A stretch of DNA of 64,000 nucleotides from an uncultured Spirochaetota bacterium (GTDB taxonomy: Bacteria; Spirochaetota; Spirochaetia; SZUA-6; Fen-1364). Each line of letters begins with the position of its first letter. Positions within the stretch are counted from its first letter, which is position 1. Below, in pieces: positions 52,662 to 61,910 of the stretch. Where the stretch lies: the NCBI GenBank assembly GCA_963820525.1, contig CAWGAA010000001.1, positions 2,656,001-2,720,000 of the forward strand, given 5' to 3'. The position numbers and the translations under genes are program-made. The notes under the pieces are model-generated. The model worked only from the letters and a program-made list of their open reading frames with translations. It searched no databases and was not told the origin of the DNA.

Positions 52662-52778
52662 TCCATGGATGGACGGAGGCCTGCGAAGCCATGGACGGCG
52701 AGAGCAGGCCCTAGCCCAACGGCGGCTTTTCGAGCGCAGCGAGAAAAACGCCGCTAGGATGGCGGGATCCGGCCCTAG
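52655..52778. repeat. REP-like composite element between convergent genes, modules delimited by GCCCTAG
   Basis: GCCCTAG at 52655, 52708 and 52772; gtccatggatggac and gccatggacggc hairpins; 46-nt inverted match to 9532-9577. Confidence 0.78.
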
Positions 52779-53884
52779 GCGATATACCTCTCGCGCGAGA
52801 GCTTCGCGTGGGCGATCTTCAGCTTTCTGTCGATGTCGATGAAGTAGGGGCAGTGCGGGTTCAAGCTCCTGTAGTCCCGCTTCGGATCCACCTTGAGCGC
52901 GAGCCTCTCATACTCCTTTGCGGCGATTTCTTTCTGCGCGTACCAGAACTTCAGCCGCTCGCGAAGCGCGTAACGGCCGGAGTCCGACACGTGCATGTCG
53001 TCCATCTGGCGGTCGTAGAGGCCCTCGAGCAGGAAGACGGATTGCGGATCGAAGGATGCGTCCGCGCATTTACCGCAGAGCCTGCACACGTAGTTTCCGA
53101 GCTCCGGAGCGGCGGCATAGAGCTTCTCTGCTTCCGCGGCGCCGAGGGGCGTGAAGGATTCACATTCGGCCAGGTCGCTTTCAAGCATTTCCCGTGAATT
53201 GATTCCCATGACCACCGTGGTGATGGGCAGGCTCAAGGCATACCGGATGGCCGGCCTGAGCGAGCGGTACAGGTACCCATCGGCAACGGCTTTCATGGCA
53301 AGAACGCCGATTCCCTTCGAGCGGCACAGGGGAAGAAGCTCCCCCTCAACCGTCGGGAAGCTGAAGCGGTCGAAGTAGTTGAACTGCGTCATGAGAACCG
53401 CAAAGGGGAAGCGGGAGACGGCCGAGAGAAGCCCGTCCGGCCTGCCGTGGCCGGTGATGCCGATGAAGCGGACCTTGCCCGCCTTCTGCGCCTCGAGGGC
53501 CGCCTGAAGGGCGCCGTCCTCGGCAAGGATCAGATCGGCCTCGTTCACCGTGGCAACGCAGTGCATGAAAAGAACGTCGACGTGATCCGTGCGAAGGTTC
53601 CTCAGGCTTCGGTCCAGCTCCGATGCGCAGCCCGCCCGGTCGCGCTTGATGGTCTTGGTGGCAAGAAAATAATCCCCCCGCCGGCCGGCCACCGCCCTGC
53701 CGATCTTCTCCTCCGAAAGCCCATCCCCGTAGCCGGCAGCGGTCTCGATGTAGTTTCCTCCCTTATCGAGGTACGAATTGAGAAGGCGGGATGCCTCTTC
53801 CGCGGTGATCTCGATGAGATGAAAACCGCCGAACCCCAGCACGGAAGGCTCGAGGCCGGTGTTTCCGAGGCTTCTTTTTTCCAT
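52775..53884 (-). CDS. Aldo/keto reductase with C-terminal Cys cluster
   Basis: KRSLGNTG, LGFGG, ETAAGYG, LATK, SLRNLRTDHVD, GKVRFIGITGH, CRLCGKC. Confidence 0.9.
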   Translation of the reverse strand: MEKRSLGNTGLEPSVLGFGGFHLIEITAEEASRLLNSYLDKGGNYIETAAGYGDGLSEEKIGRAVAGRRGDYFLATKTIKRDRAGCASELDRSLRNLRTDHVDVLFMHCVATVNEADLILAEDGALQAALEAQKAGKVRFIGITGHGRPDGLLSAVSRFPFAVLMTQFNYFDRFSFPTVEGELLPLCRSKGIGVLAMKAVADGYLYRSLRPAIRYALSLPITTVVMGINSREMLESDLAECESFTPLGAAEAEKLYAAAPELGNYVCRLCGKCADASFDPQSVFLLEGLYDRQMDDMHVSDSGRYALRERLKFWYAQKEIAAKEYERLALKVDPKRDYRSLNPHCPYFIDIDRKLKIAHAKLSRERYIA

Positions 53885-53971
53885 ACTTACACCTCTTTGC
53901 TTGAAACGATACTGCCGAAACCTGTGGGCGGACAATATTGCGGAGAAACGCCCGGCAGCGGCTTCAGGCGG

Positions 53972-55738
53972 TCACGCCGGCACCTGCGCCGGTTCCAGCC
54001 GCTCGCTTCCCTGGTGCTTCCACAGGGAATAGTAAAGGCCCTTTCGCCGCAAGAGCTCCAGGTGCGGTCCCTGCTCCACAAGCCTTCCCCGGGAGAGCAC
54101 GACGATGCGGTCCGCGTGGGCGATCGTGGAGAGCCGGTGCGCAATCAGGATCGTGATGAAGCTCGGTCTGCCCGCGATCACCTGCTCGATCGTCTTGGTG
54201 ATTTCCTTTTCGGTCTCGGAATCCAGAGAGCTTGTCGCCTCGTCGAAGATGAGGATGTCGGGGTTTCGGAGCAGTGCGCGGGCGATGGCCAGGCGCTGCT
54301 TCTCCCCGCCGGAAAGCTTCAAGCCTCCCTCTCCGATCCGCGTATCCAGGCCGTTCCTGCTTTTCTCCAGCAGGCCCGCGAGCTGGGCCGCCTCCAGGGC
54401 CCGCACGCATTCCCCGTCAGTGGCTTGCGGCCGCACGAACAGGAGGTTGTCCCTGATGGTTCCGGCGAAAAGCTCGATGGATTGGGGAACGAATCCGACG
54501 CGATGGCGCAGGGCATCGTAGTTGACGCTTCCCGCGTCGATTCCGTTGAGGAGAATCTTGCCGCTGTCGGGCTGATACAGGCCGAGGAGGAGTTTTATCA
54601 GCGTGCTCTTTCCGGCGCCGGAGGGGCCCACGAACGCCACGCTCTCTCCGGCACGTGCCGTGAAGGTCACTTCCTGAAGCGCCGGATCGCGGGCGCTGGG
54701 ATGGCGGAAGCTCACGTGCGAGAACTCGATCGATTCGATTCCATTGGGCACCACTCCCGATGGGTTGGTCTGAGCGGGCTCCTGGGCGAGGATCCGACGG
54801 AAGTTATCCAGGCTGGCCCGGGTTTCCTGGTACTTGGAGATGACGCTTCCCAGCTCTCCCAGGGGCGAGAATATGAAGAAGGAGTACATCATCAGGCTGA
54901 AGAACTCCCCCAGGGTGATGAAATGGAAGTAGGTGAGGGCGAGCAGTTGGAGGATCAGGAGGGCGCGGAAGAAGTTTATCGCGGTCCCCTGCCCGAACAT
55001 GAGCACGCGTATTGTCCGTACCTTCTGGAGCTCCAGCCCGAGGATCTTCGTGTTGGTCGTGTTCAGCCGATCGATTTCCTGCGTTTCAAGGCCGAGGGAT
55101 TTGATGAGTTCGATGTTTCGCAGGCTCTCCGTCGTGGAGCCGGCCAGGCTGGTTGTCTCGCGGAAAATACTGGACTGGACCTGCTTGATGCGGCGGCTCA
55201 GCGTGGAGGTGAGGAGACCGACAAGGGGGGCCATCACGAGAAGCGACAGGCCGATGGACCAGTGGAGGGCAAAAGCGTAGCCGAGCACAAGGATGAGGAC
55301 GACGGAGGATACGAAAAGGGTATTAACGAACTGGGAGATGATGTCCCGGCTGTCGTTGCGGGCCTTCTCCAGCTGCTGGAGCACGGCGCCGCTCTGCTGA
55401 TCCTCGAATACCTGGTAGGGGAGGCGCAGGGAGTGACGGATCCCGTCGGCGTAGATCCGGGCGCTCACGGACTGGGAAACGACGTTCACAAAGTAGTCCT
55501 GGAAGTTCTTCGCGATCCTGCTCACCATGGCCACGGCCACGAAGGCGGCGATGAGAAGCCCCACCCCGCGAAGAAAAGCCCCCGTCGGGATACTGCCGAT
55601 CTTGGTCACGTAGTTGTCCACCAGGAGTCGGAAAACCTGCGGGTCCAGCAGGGAGAAGCCCTGGTTGATAAAGGCGAGGAAGATGGCCAGGAGAATCATG
55701 CCCCGGTGGGGCTTGAGATACGCGAGAAGAAGTTTCAT
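53972..55738 (-). CDS. ABC exporter, fused TMD-NBD
   Basis: GPSGAGKS, LSGGEKQR, IFDEATS, IAHRLST; ATG 55738. Confidence 0.93.
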   Translation of the reverse strand: MKLLLAYLKPHRGMILLAIFLAFINQGFSLLDPQVFRLLVDNYVTKIGSIPTGAFLRGVGLLIAAFVAVAMVSRIAKNFQDYFVNVVSQSVSARIYADGIRHSLRLPYQVFEDQQSGAVLQQLEKARNDSRDIISQFVNTLFVSSVVLILVLGYAFALHWSIGLSLLVMAPLVGLLTSTLSRRIKQVQSSIFRETTSLAGSTTESLRNIELIKSLGLETQEIDRLNTTNTKILGLELQKVRTIRVLMFGQGTAINFFRALLILQLLALTYFHFITLGEFFSLMMYSFFIFSPLGELGSVISKYQETRASLDNFRRILAQEPAQTNPSGVVPNGIESIEFSHVSFRHPSARDPALQEVTFTARAGESVAFVGPSGAGKSTLIKLLLGLYQPDSGKILLNGIDAGSVNYDALRHRVGFVPQSIELFAGTIRDNLLFVRPQATDGECVRALEAAQLAGLLEKSRNGLDTRIGEGGLKLSGGEKQRLAIARALLRNPDILIFDEATSSLDSETEKEITKTIEQVIAGRPSFITILIAHRLSTIAHADRIVVLSRGRLVEQGPHLELLRRKGLYYSLWKHQGSERLEPAQVPA

Positions 55739-55744
55739 GCGCAA

Positions 55745-55773
55745 AAGGTACGGGAAAAGAAAAAAGGAATCAA
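55745..55773 (-). promoter_or_regulatory. Promoter with leaderless geometry
   Basis: TTGATT-N17-TACCTT then 6 nt to ATG; no SD. Confidence 0.6.
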
Positions 55774-55838
55774 TGCGGGGGCGATGCGTACTTACGGAAA
55801 ACCGCCGCTTCGGTGTATCTTTTTCCATAGGAGCGTGC

Positions 55839-56228
55839 ATGGCATCCATACTCGTGGTAGACGATGAGCTGAACGTGCGGCAGCTCGTGCGCAGGATCCT
55901 GGAACGCGCGGGACACAAGGTCAGCGAGGCGAGCAATGGTCTTGAGGCGATTGCCAAGCTGCGCGAAAAGACTTTCAATCTTGCAATCCTCGACGTCGTG
56001 ATGCCGGGAAAGGGCGGCATCGAGACCCTCGTGGAAATCAGGAACGACTTTCGCGCGCTGAAGATCATCATCATCTCGGGGAAGATCGACATTACCTCGA
56101 CGGCCTTCCAGAACATCACCTCGCATTTCGGGGTACAGCGGATACTGAAAAAGCCATTTGCGCCTGAAGATCTTCTGCGGGAGGTGGATGCGCTGCTCGA
56201 CGCGGGAGGGGGTGGGACGCGCTCCTGA
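55839..56228 (+). CDS. Single-domain response regulator
   Basis: ILVVDDE, LDVVMP, IISG, KPF; SD AGGAG. Confidence 0.92.
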   Translation: MASILVVDDELNVRQLVRRILERAGHKVSEASNGLEAIAKLREKTFNLAILDVVMPGKGGIETLVEIRNDFRALKIIIISGKIDITSTAFQNITSHFGVQRILKKPFAPEDLLREVDALLDAGGGGTRS

Positions 56229-56235
56229 GGGGCCT

Positions 56236-56481
56236 CTATCTCATCCGCCTGAGTCCCTGGGAAAACAGAAGGATGAAGCCGACAAGGGCCACCGCCGCGC
56301 CGGCGATCATCTCCGCGATGGCCTGATTCTCACCCGCCGACTGCCCCGTGAAGAGCTTGCCGAGGGCGTTTCCGAGGGAAGAGGTGACATCGTTGTACGC
56401 GATGATCCCATAGACCAGCGAAGCGGCGCCGATGACGATGAGCACGAGACTGATCACGAAAAACACGTCGGTTCTCTTCAC
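56236..56481 (-). CDS. Small two-TM membrane protein (DUF3185-like)
   Basis: Two hydrophobic helices flanking SSLGNALGKLFTG; SD AAGGAG. Confidence 0.65.
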   Translation of the reverse strand: MKRTDVFFVISLVLIVIGAASLVYGIIAYNDVTSSLGNALGKLFTGQSAGENQAIAEMIAGAAVALVGFILLFSQGLRRMR

Positions 56482-56517
56482 GTTCACTCTCCTTTCAGCA
56501 CTCCCCAAAACCATGAA

Positions 56518-57471
56518 TCAGCCCCTGGCGCGCATGCCGAGCTCCGCCGGGTAGGGATCGAGAAAGCGCTGCCGCGACAAGTAGGGGTCTCGGAAGCGCT
56601 CTCCGTAGTGTCGTAAAAGGACGATGGGCACCAGAAGCGGCACGTGCCCCTCGCGGTATTCATTCACAACGGCGCTCACGTGCGCCGCTTCCCCCGAGGA
56701 CAATCTCCCCTTCAAGAGGGTGAAGACGGTAGTCAGCACCCGCGCGTTTTTTGCCACGGTTGTCTGCCGGGCCAGCGCTGCGGCGAGATCCGCTTCATAG
56801 CGTTCCATCAGCCTGCGTCTGCTCCTCGCGTTGGGGCGGGCCAAGAGGCGCCTCATCTCTGCGGCAGCTTCGGGGCTGTGCGCTTTGATCAGAAGCTCGT
56901 GGTCCGAGTGGAACTCGACAAGGCCTTCCAGCGTGGCGCCGGCGGCGAGGAAAAGCCGCCATCGTTTCACGACGAACGCAGCCTCGATGAACCTCTCCCG
57001 GGTTGAGGGATCTCCCATTCCCGCCTCATCGCTCACCGGCAGAAGGGGGAACCGCCGGGTGAATGCCGAGGCGAAGATCCCGCTGCCTCCCCGCGGGGCG
57101 CCTCCCGCGAAGGGATGGACCTTCACGCCCTGAAGGCCGCAGCTCGGCGAGCCCGCCTTGAAGATGAACCCGCACAACCCCTCTTCCTCCAGATCCCGGA
57201 GCCTGCGTTCCGCCCAGCGGCGCATCCGCTCGGTCTGGTCCTTGCCCGTCAACACGGTCATCAGGCGGGGCGAGGCGGGAACCCCTTTCAGCCGCATCGG
57301 CTCCCGGGGGATGGGAAATCCGCATTCGGACTCGGGACAGAGGCTTACCCATTCGACGTGGCGGCCGAGGATTCCGCGCAGATAGGGATCCAGGCAGTGC
57401 GCCCCGTCATAGCGCATCCTCTGCCCCAGGAGGCATGCGCTGATTCCGACTCTTGGTTTTCCGTCCACCAT
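56518..57471 (-). CDS. DUF523 + DUF1722 protein (TudS/RudS-like Fe-S desulfidase, YbgA family)
   Basis: VGISACLLG..RYDG, LCPE, PREP, SPSCG, GIFA, LVEFHS, YLSRQRFLDPYP; TGATG overlap with the upstream gene. Confidence 0.9.
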   Translation of the reverse strand: MVDGKPRVGISACLLGQRMRYDGAHCLDPYLRGILGRHVEWVSLCPESECGFPIPREPMRLKGVPASPRLMTVLTGKDQTERMRRWAERRLRDLEEEGLCGFIFKAGSPSCGLQGVKVHPFAGGAPRGGSGIFASAFTRRFPLLPVSDEAGMGDPSTRERFIEAAFVVKRWRLFLAAGATLEGLVEFHSDHELLIKAHSPEAAAEMRRLLARPNARSRRRLMERYEADLAAALARQTTVAKNARVLTTVFTLLKGRLSSGEAAHVSAVVNEYREGHVPLLVPIVLLRHYGERFRDPYLSRQRFLDPYPAELGMRARG

Positions 57472-58070
57472 CACCGCAGCGCCTTTGTCGCGACGAACTC
57501 GCCGTATTGATCGCCGCGTTCGATCGCCCGCGTCTGGCTGCACTGAAACGACAAAAAGCCGTCGGGGTAGGCTTTTCCGTACGCGAGGTCCATGGCGGCG
57601 CGGCAGAATCCCGCCAGCATGAACGCGGCAGGCCGGCAGGTCGGGAATGTATCGTGAATCTCCGCTTCAAGGTACCCGCGGGCATGGACCACCATTTTTT
57701 CTCCGGGATCGAGGTAGGCGATCTCGGCATCGGCCCATCCCCAGGCGGCGAGAAGCGCAAAAAGACCGTGGAGGGTGTCTTCCGGCTCTTTTTCGATCAA
57801 TGGTCCCAGCGCGCTCCTGAACTCCGCCGAGCTTATGATCGCATGGCCGTCGTGGTACCCATATTCGGCGAAAGCATCCTCGAGTTTCCGCTCCTGGCCT
57901 TCGATCTCCGCCTCAGGGGTCGTTTTCAGTATCTTTTCCAGGAAGGAGATCCAGAAAGATCCCGGAAGAAGGAGAACCCGCGTGCCGAATACCGGGATCG
58001 CCCCCTCGTCGCTCGCTTCAAGGGCGATCATGCCGAGTATTTCCGACGCTTTTCGTCTGTCGAAAGCCAT
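57471..58070 (-). CDS. V4R-fold protein B
   Basis: AWGWA, FMLAGFCRAAMDL, QCSQTRAIERGDQYGEF (V4R-type E.xC...GD..CEF region). Confidence 0.7.
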   Translation of the reverse strand: MAFDRRKASEILGMIALEASDEGAIPVFGTRVLLLPGSFWISFLEKILKTTPEAEIEGQERKLEDAFAEYGYHDGHAIISSAEFRSALGPLIEKEPEDTLHGLFALLAAWGWADAEIAYLDPGEKMVVHARGYLEAEIHDTFPTCRPAAFMLAGFCRAAMDLAYGKAYPDGFLSFQCSQTRAIERGDQYGEFVATKALR

Positions 58071-58074
58071 TGAA

Positions 58075-58602
58075 TCAGCTCCGCGGCCGCACCACGAACT
58101 CGGATACGGGGTCTCCCATCACGATGCTCTTTGTCTCCTTTGCGGCGAAAGATCGCAAGCCCTGGCCGGTCAGCGCGGCAAAGGCGCCGGCCAGGTACCC
58201 GGCGGCGAGCACGTTGACGGGCTTCTGCGATTTTCCCCACCGTGAAATCCATGACTCGTCGAGCGTGGAACGGCTTAGTATTGCGCCGCCTCCCTCCAGG
58301 CCGATCGAAGAGATCGAAAGGAGGCCGAGCCCGGAGAGCCTGAAATGATCCTCCGTGATGGTTCTCCGCCGTTCCGCGGTTGTCTCTCCCGCGGCGAGAA
58401 AGATCCATTTGAGGGCCAGATAGACCGCTTCCTCCATGGCGTCAACCAGAAAAAGGGGCATGTCGCCTGCCCGCGTCTCCAGGGCCAGCTTCATCACGGT
58501 AAGCGCCGCAAGCGCTCCATGGATCGGCGTGGGGTCGGCATTGATATATCGCTTCGCCCGCGAGACGTCGACGGCGGACTGAAAAACCGGCTCCCCGATC
58601 AC
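58075..58602 (-). CDS. V4R-fold protein A
   Basis: SGLG, PVNVLAAGYLAGAF, ETKSIVMGDPVSEF; GTG overlaps the MCP stop (GTGA), SD GGAGG. Confidence 0.7.
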   Translation of the reverse strand: MIGEPVFQSAVDVSRAKRYINADPTPIHGALAALTVMKLALETRAGDMPLFLVDAMEEAVYLALKWIFLAAGETTAERRRTITEDHFRLSGLGLLSISSIGLEGGGAILSRSTLDESWISRWGKSQKPVNVLAAGYLAGAFAALTGQGLRSFAAKETKSIVMGDPVSEFVVRPRS

Positions 58603-59837
58603 GAGGCGCCCTCCGTCGTCATTGAGCGGCCTATTTTCCACGCGATGTCCCAGGCGTGCGTCGATACCCTTCCCAGCCTGCTCACGGCATCGAGCATGGG
58701 GAAGCGGTCGGTCTCGATTCTGCGGGAGATCTCCGCGGCGCGCGCCGCGATGCCCTTGAGATCCGTAACGACCCGGCCCGCTTCGCGGTTGGCCGACCTC
58801 TGTTCTCCCACGGCTTCCCGCACCTGCTCGCTGATCGCCACCAGGGAGGTTGCGGCCTTGAGGATCTCGTCCGCCCCCCGCGTCTGTTCCGTTGTGGCAC
58901 CGGAGATCTCGGACACGACGCTCCGGGTCTGCCTCACGTCCTCGCTGATCTCCGTGAATCGCGATACGGCCTGGGAGCCCGTGTCCGATGCCTCGTTGAT
59001 CGTTCGAACGACGCTCTTCACCAGGCGGGAGATCTGCTTGGCGCTTTCCCCCGCGTTCTCGGCAAGCTTGCGGATCTCCGATGCCACGACGGAGAATCCC
59101 TTGCCGGACTCTCCCGCGTGGGCCGCCTCGATGGCGGCGTTCATGGAGAGGAGGTGCGTCTGATTGGCGATGTCCGTTATCACCGTGACGATCTCACCGA
59201 TCTGCTCCGAAAATCCGCGGACCGTCCGGATCGACTCGATGGCTTCGGCCACCGCGGTGCCTCCGCTTTCCGCTCTCCGCGATAGGGTCTCTGCAATCTC
59301 TCCTGCCCGAAAGCCGACTGCGGCCACGCTCCTGATCGAGGCCGTCATCTGCTCTATTGTTCCGGACAGCTCGGCAACCGCGGCGGACTGCTCCTCGATG
59401 CTCGTGGAGATCGTTTCGATGGAGCTCACGGTGGACTCGATGGCCGCGGACGCCGTTTCCACGGCCCTCTTCTGCTCCTCGACGCTCTCCACGACGGAGC
59501 GGATTGCGGAGATGAGGCCCGCGATGAGCCGGACAAAGACATCGTAGGTCCTTTCTAGGGCGCCTCCCGTCATCGTGAGCTCGTGGGAAAGGGCGCCCAT
59601 GGAAACCGGGACGGCTCCCGGCGCGACCACGATGATCCGCTCCGCTGCCCCCGCAAACCGGGAGGAGACCCTTCTTCCTTCAAGGGAAAAAGCTGTGAGG
59701 ATGAGGGCCGCCGCGGCAGTACCGCCAGCACCCAGCAGGAAGGGGTTCTTGACGAAGACAGCCTCGACGGCGAACAGAAGGGCTCCGGCCAGGAAGATCA
59801 CGCCGAACCCGAAGAACAGGCGCGCATGCAGTTTCAC
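58599..59837 (-). CDS. Methyl-accepting chemotaxis protein without a periplasmic sensor domain
   Basis: IANQTHLLSMNAAIEAAHAGESGKGFSVVASEIRKLAE tip; two TM helices joined by a few residues; SD GGAGG, GTG 59837. Confidence 0.92.
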   Translation of the reverse strand: MKLHARLFFGFGVIFLAGALLFAVEAVFVKNPFLLGAGGTAAAALILTAFSLEGRRVSSRFAGAAERIIVVAPGAVPVSMGALSHELTMTGGALERTYDVFVRLIAGLISAIRSVVESVEEQKRAVETASAAIESTVSSIETISTSIEEQSAAVAELSGTIEQMTASIRSVAAVGFRAGEIAETLSRRAESGGTAVAEAIESIRTVRGFSEQIGEIVTVITDIANQTHLLSMNAAIEAAHAGESGKGFSVVASEIRKLAENAGESAKQISRLVKSVVRTINEASDTGSQAVSRFTEISEDVRQTRSVVSEISGATTEQTRGADEILKAATSLVAISEQVREAVGEQRSANREAGRVVTDLKGIAARAAEISRRIETDRFPMLDAVSRLGRVSTHAWDIAWKIGRSMTTEGAS

Positions 59838-59987
59838 CGTAAGACCTCCGCGTACCGGGAGATGTCCGGGCGAAAGACGCGTGATGTGTCCGGTCCGCTG
59901 GATTGTAGCGGTTCGTGCATCTTTATTCAATGCAGGGTGATTTTCAGCTATAGTAGCCGGGAAACGTACGCCGGGAGGAGATGTACC

Positions 59988-61142
59988 ATGGAAGAATCGA
60001 GGCGCTTCATCGAAAACCTGAAAAAGGCGTGGCGCGACGAGAAGCTCGCCGCGATGAGCTACCGTGCCGCGGCAGGAGTCGAGAAGGATCCGCGCCGCAA
60101 GGAGATATTCCTGAAGATGGCCGCCGAGGAGGAGAAGCACGCCCGCCGTTGGGAGGAGCGCCTTCGCGAGCTCGGGGTTTCTCCAGGGGATTTCAAGCCG
60201 GGCCTGTCGGATCGGATCCGCCTGCAGTCCCTGCTGCAGCGGGGGACGGAGGCGCTGGCGGATGCAATGGAATCCTCGGAAAAGGACGCCGGAGGCTTCT
60301 ACGATACCCTCATCTCTCTCGCGCCAACCGAAGAAGACCGGACGGTGATCCGGGAGGTCCAGGGCGAGGAAAGCGGGCATGACAAGACCCTGGAGGAAAT
60401 GGGCACAAAGGCGGCGCGGCCGCTGGGGAGGCTCGAGGGGATGCTCGGCAGGGAACGATGGCACGTTCGGGGAGGCGGATGGATCGGCCAGGCCATCTAC
60501 GGGATCAATGACGGGCTGGGAGCGGCCTTCGGGATCGTGAGCGGCGTGGCCGGCGCCACCCACGTCAACGGCTCTTTCGTTCTCTTGAGCGGGTTCGCCT
60601 CCATGATAGCCTCCGCCCTTTCCATGGGGAGCGGCGCCTACCTCGCCACCAAGAGCGAGCGTGAGGTGTACCAGGCTGAAATGGACAAGGAGCGCACGGA
60701 GATCGAGCAGAACCCGGAAGAGGAGCGCGAGGAGCTCTCGCTCTTCTACCAGCTCAAGGGCTTTTCAGAGGGGGAAGCGGCCGCGATGGCCGCCCGGATC
60801 GCGGAAAAGCCCGAGGAGCTCCTCAAGACCCTGGCCCATGAGGAGCTGGGGTTGTCCGAGCGCGCCTTCCCCAACGAATGGAAATCTGCCGTGAGCGCGA
60901 CGATAAGCACGGCCATCGGAGCGGCCGTTCCCGTGCTTCCCTACCTCTTCACGACAGGGTTCACGGCTCTCGTTATCTCGTTTGCCATCAGCACGGCCGC
61001 CCATTTCGCCGTCGGCGCCGCCAAGGTCGTCGTCACGGGGCGCTCATGGCTCAAAAGCGGCCTGGAAATGATGCTGATCGGCCTGGGAGAGGCGGCGATA
61101 ACCTATGGGATCGGCCTCCTGGTGGCTCCGATGATGGGATAG
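59988..61142 (+). CDS. Rubrerythrin/ferritin-like + VIT1/CCC1 fusion (MbfA-like iron exporter)
   Basis: E-rich motifs EEEKH and EESGH; YGINDG, ALSMGSGAYL, PEEEREEL, EELG, GAAVPVLPY. Confidence 0.9.
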   Translation: MEESRRFIENLKKAWRDEKLAAMSYRAAAGVEKDPRRKEIFLKMAAEEEKHARRWEERLRELGVSPGDFKPGLSDRIRLQSLLQRGTEALADAMESSEKDAGGFYDTLISLAPTEEDRTVIREVQGEESGHDKTLEEMGTKAARPLGRLEGMLGRERWHVRGGGWIGQAIYGINDGLGAAFGIVSGVAGATHVNGSFVLLSGFASMIASALSMGSGAYLATKSEREVYQAEMDKERTEIEQNPEEEREELSLFYQLKGFSEGEAAAMAARIAEKPEELLKTLAHEELGLSERAFPNEWKSAVSATISTAIGAAVPVLPYLFTTGFTALVISFAISTAAHFAVGAAKVVVTGRSWLKSGLEMMLIGLGEAAITYGIGLLVAPMMG

Positions 61143-61318
61143 GGCGGGCGACCGTCAAGCCGGGCGGGCGCTTCCGGCGCCTTGACTTGCTGTTGGGCCC
61201 CGGGGCGCTTGTGACGCGCTTAAGCGGGTGCCCACATATCTGCATAATGTTGATTTCCCGGTAATAACATGCATCATTGGCTTCATTCCAGATCACGCAA
61301 GAAAGGACGAGGTGTCAC

Positions 61319-61894
61319 ATGGCGGAAAAAAACTCGATCGGTGAAAAGCTGAAAGCGGTTCGCGACTCGCGCGGCCTCACCCGGGAGCAGCTCTGCGAGC
61401 GGGCCGGCCTCCCGATGGAGCTTGTCGAGCAGATCGAATCCGGCGCCCTCATACCTTCCTTGAGCCCCCTCATCAAGATCGCGCGGGCTCTCGGGGTGCG
61501 GCTGGGAACCTTCCTCGACGACCAGGAGAGCGTGGGACCCGTCGTGGTGCGCGCGGGAGAGCAGCGAAAGGTGATGCGCTTCTCGGACAAGGACCGCCCG
61601 GGGCCGAGCGACCTCGACTTCTTTTCCCTGGCCGCAAACAAGGCGTCCCGGCACATGGAGCCCTTCCTCATCGAGATCCATCCCTCCTCCGCCCAGGAGG
61701 CGAAGCCTTCGGCCCATGAGGGGGAGGAGTTCATCTACGTGTTCTCGGGGGACGTCGAGGTCGTCTACGGAAGCGAGATTTTCCGCTTGGCGGCGGGAGA
61801 CAGCATCTATTATGACTCCATCGTGGCGCACAACGTCCATTCCACGGGAAACCGCCCCGCCCAGATCCTTGCGGTGGTCTATGCGCCGTCCTGA
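61319..61894 (+). CDS. XRE-family regulator with cupin domain
   Basis: [46 protein letters not shown]. Confidence 0.93.
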   Translation: MAEKNSIGEKLKAVRDSRGLTREQLCERAGLPMELVEQIESGALIPSLSPLIKIARALGVRLGTFLDDQESVGPVVVRAGEQRKVMRFSDKDRPGPSDLDFFSLAANKASRHMEPFLIEIHPSSAQEAKPSAHEGEEFIYVFSGDVEVVYGSEIFRLAAGDSIYYDSIVAHNVHSTGNRPAQILAVVYAPS

Positions 61895-61910
61895 GCGGAT
61901 GGAGGATTGT

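Noticed and set aside
53447..55867. 806-aa plus-strand ORF
   Set aside because: Antisense shadow of the ABC exporter and aldo/keto reductase
58599..58641. MCP-V4R fusion by frameshift, or V4R start at 58641
   Set aside because: SD GGAGG plus GTGA overlap at 58602 explains the junction as ordinary translational coupling
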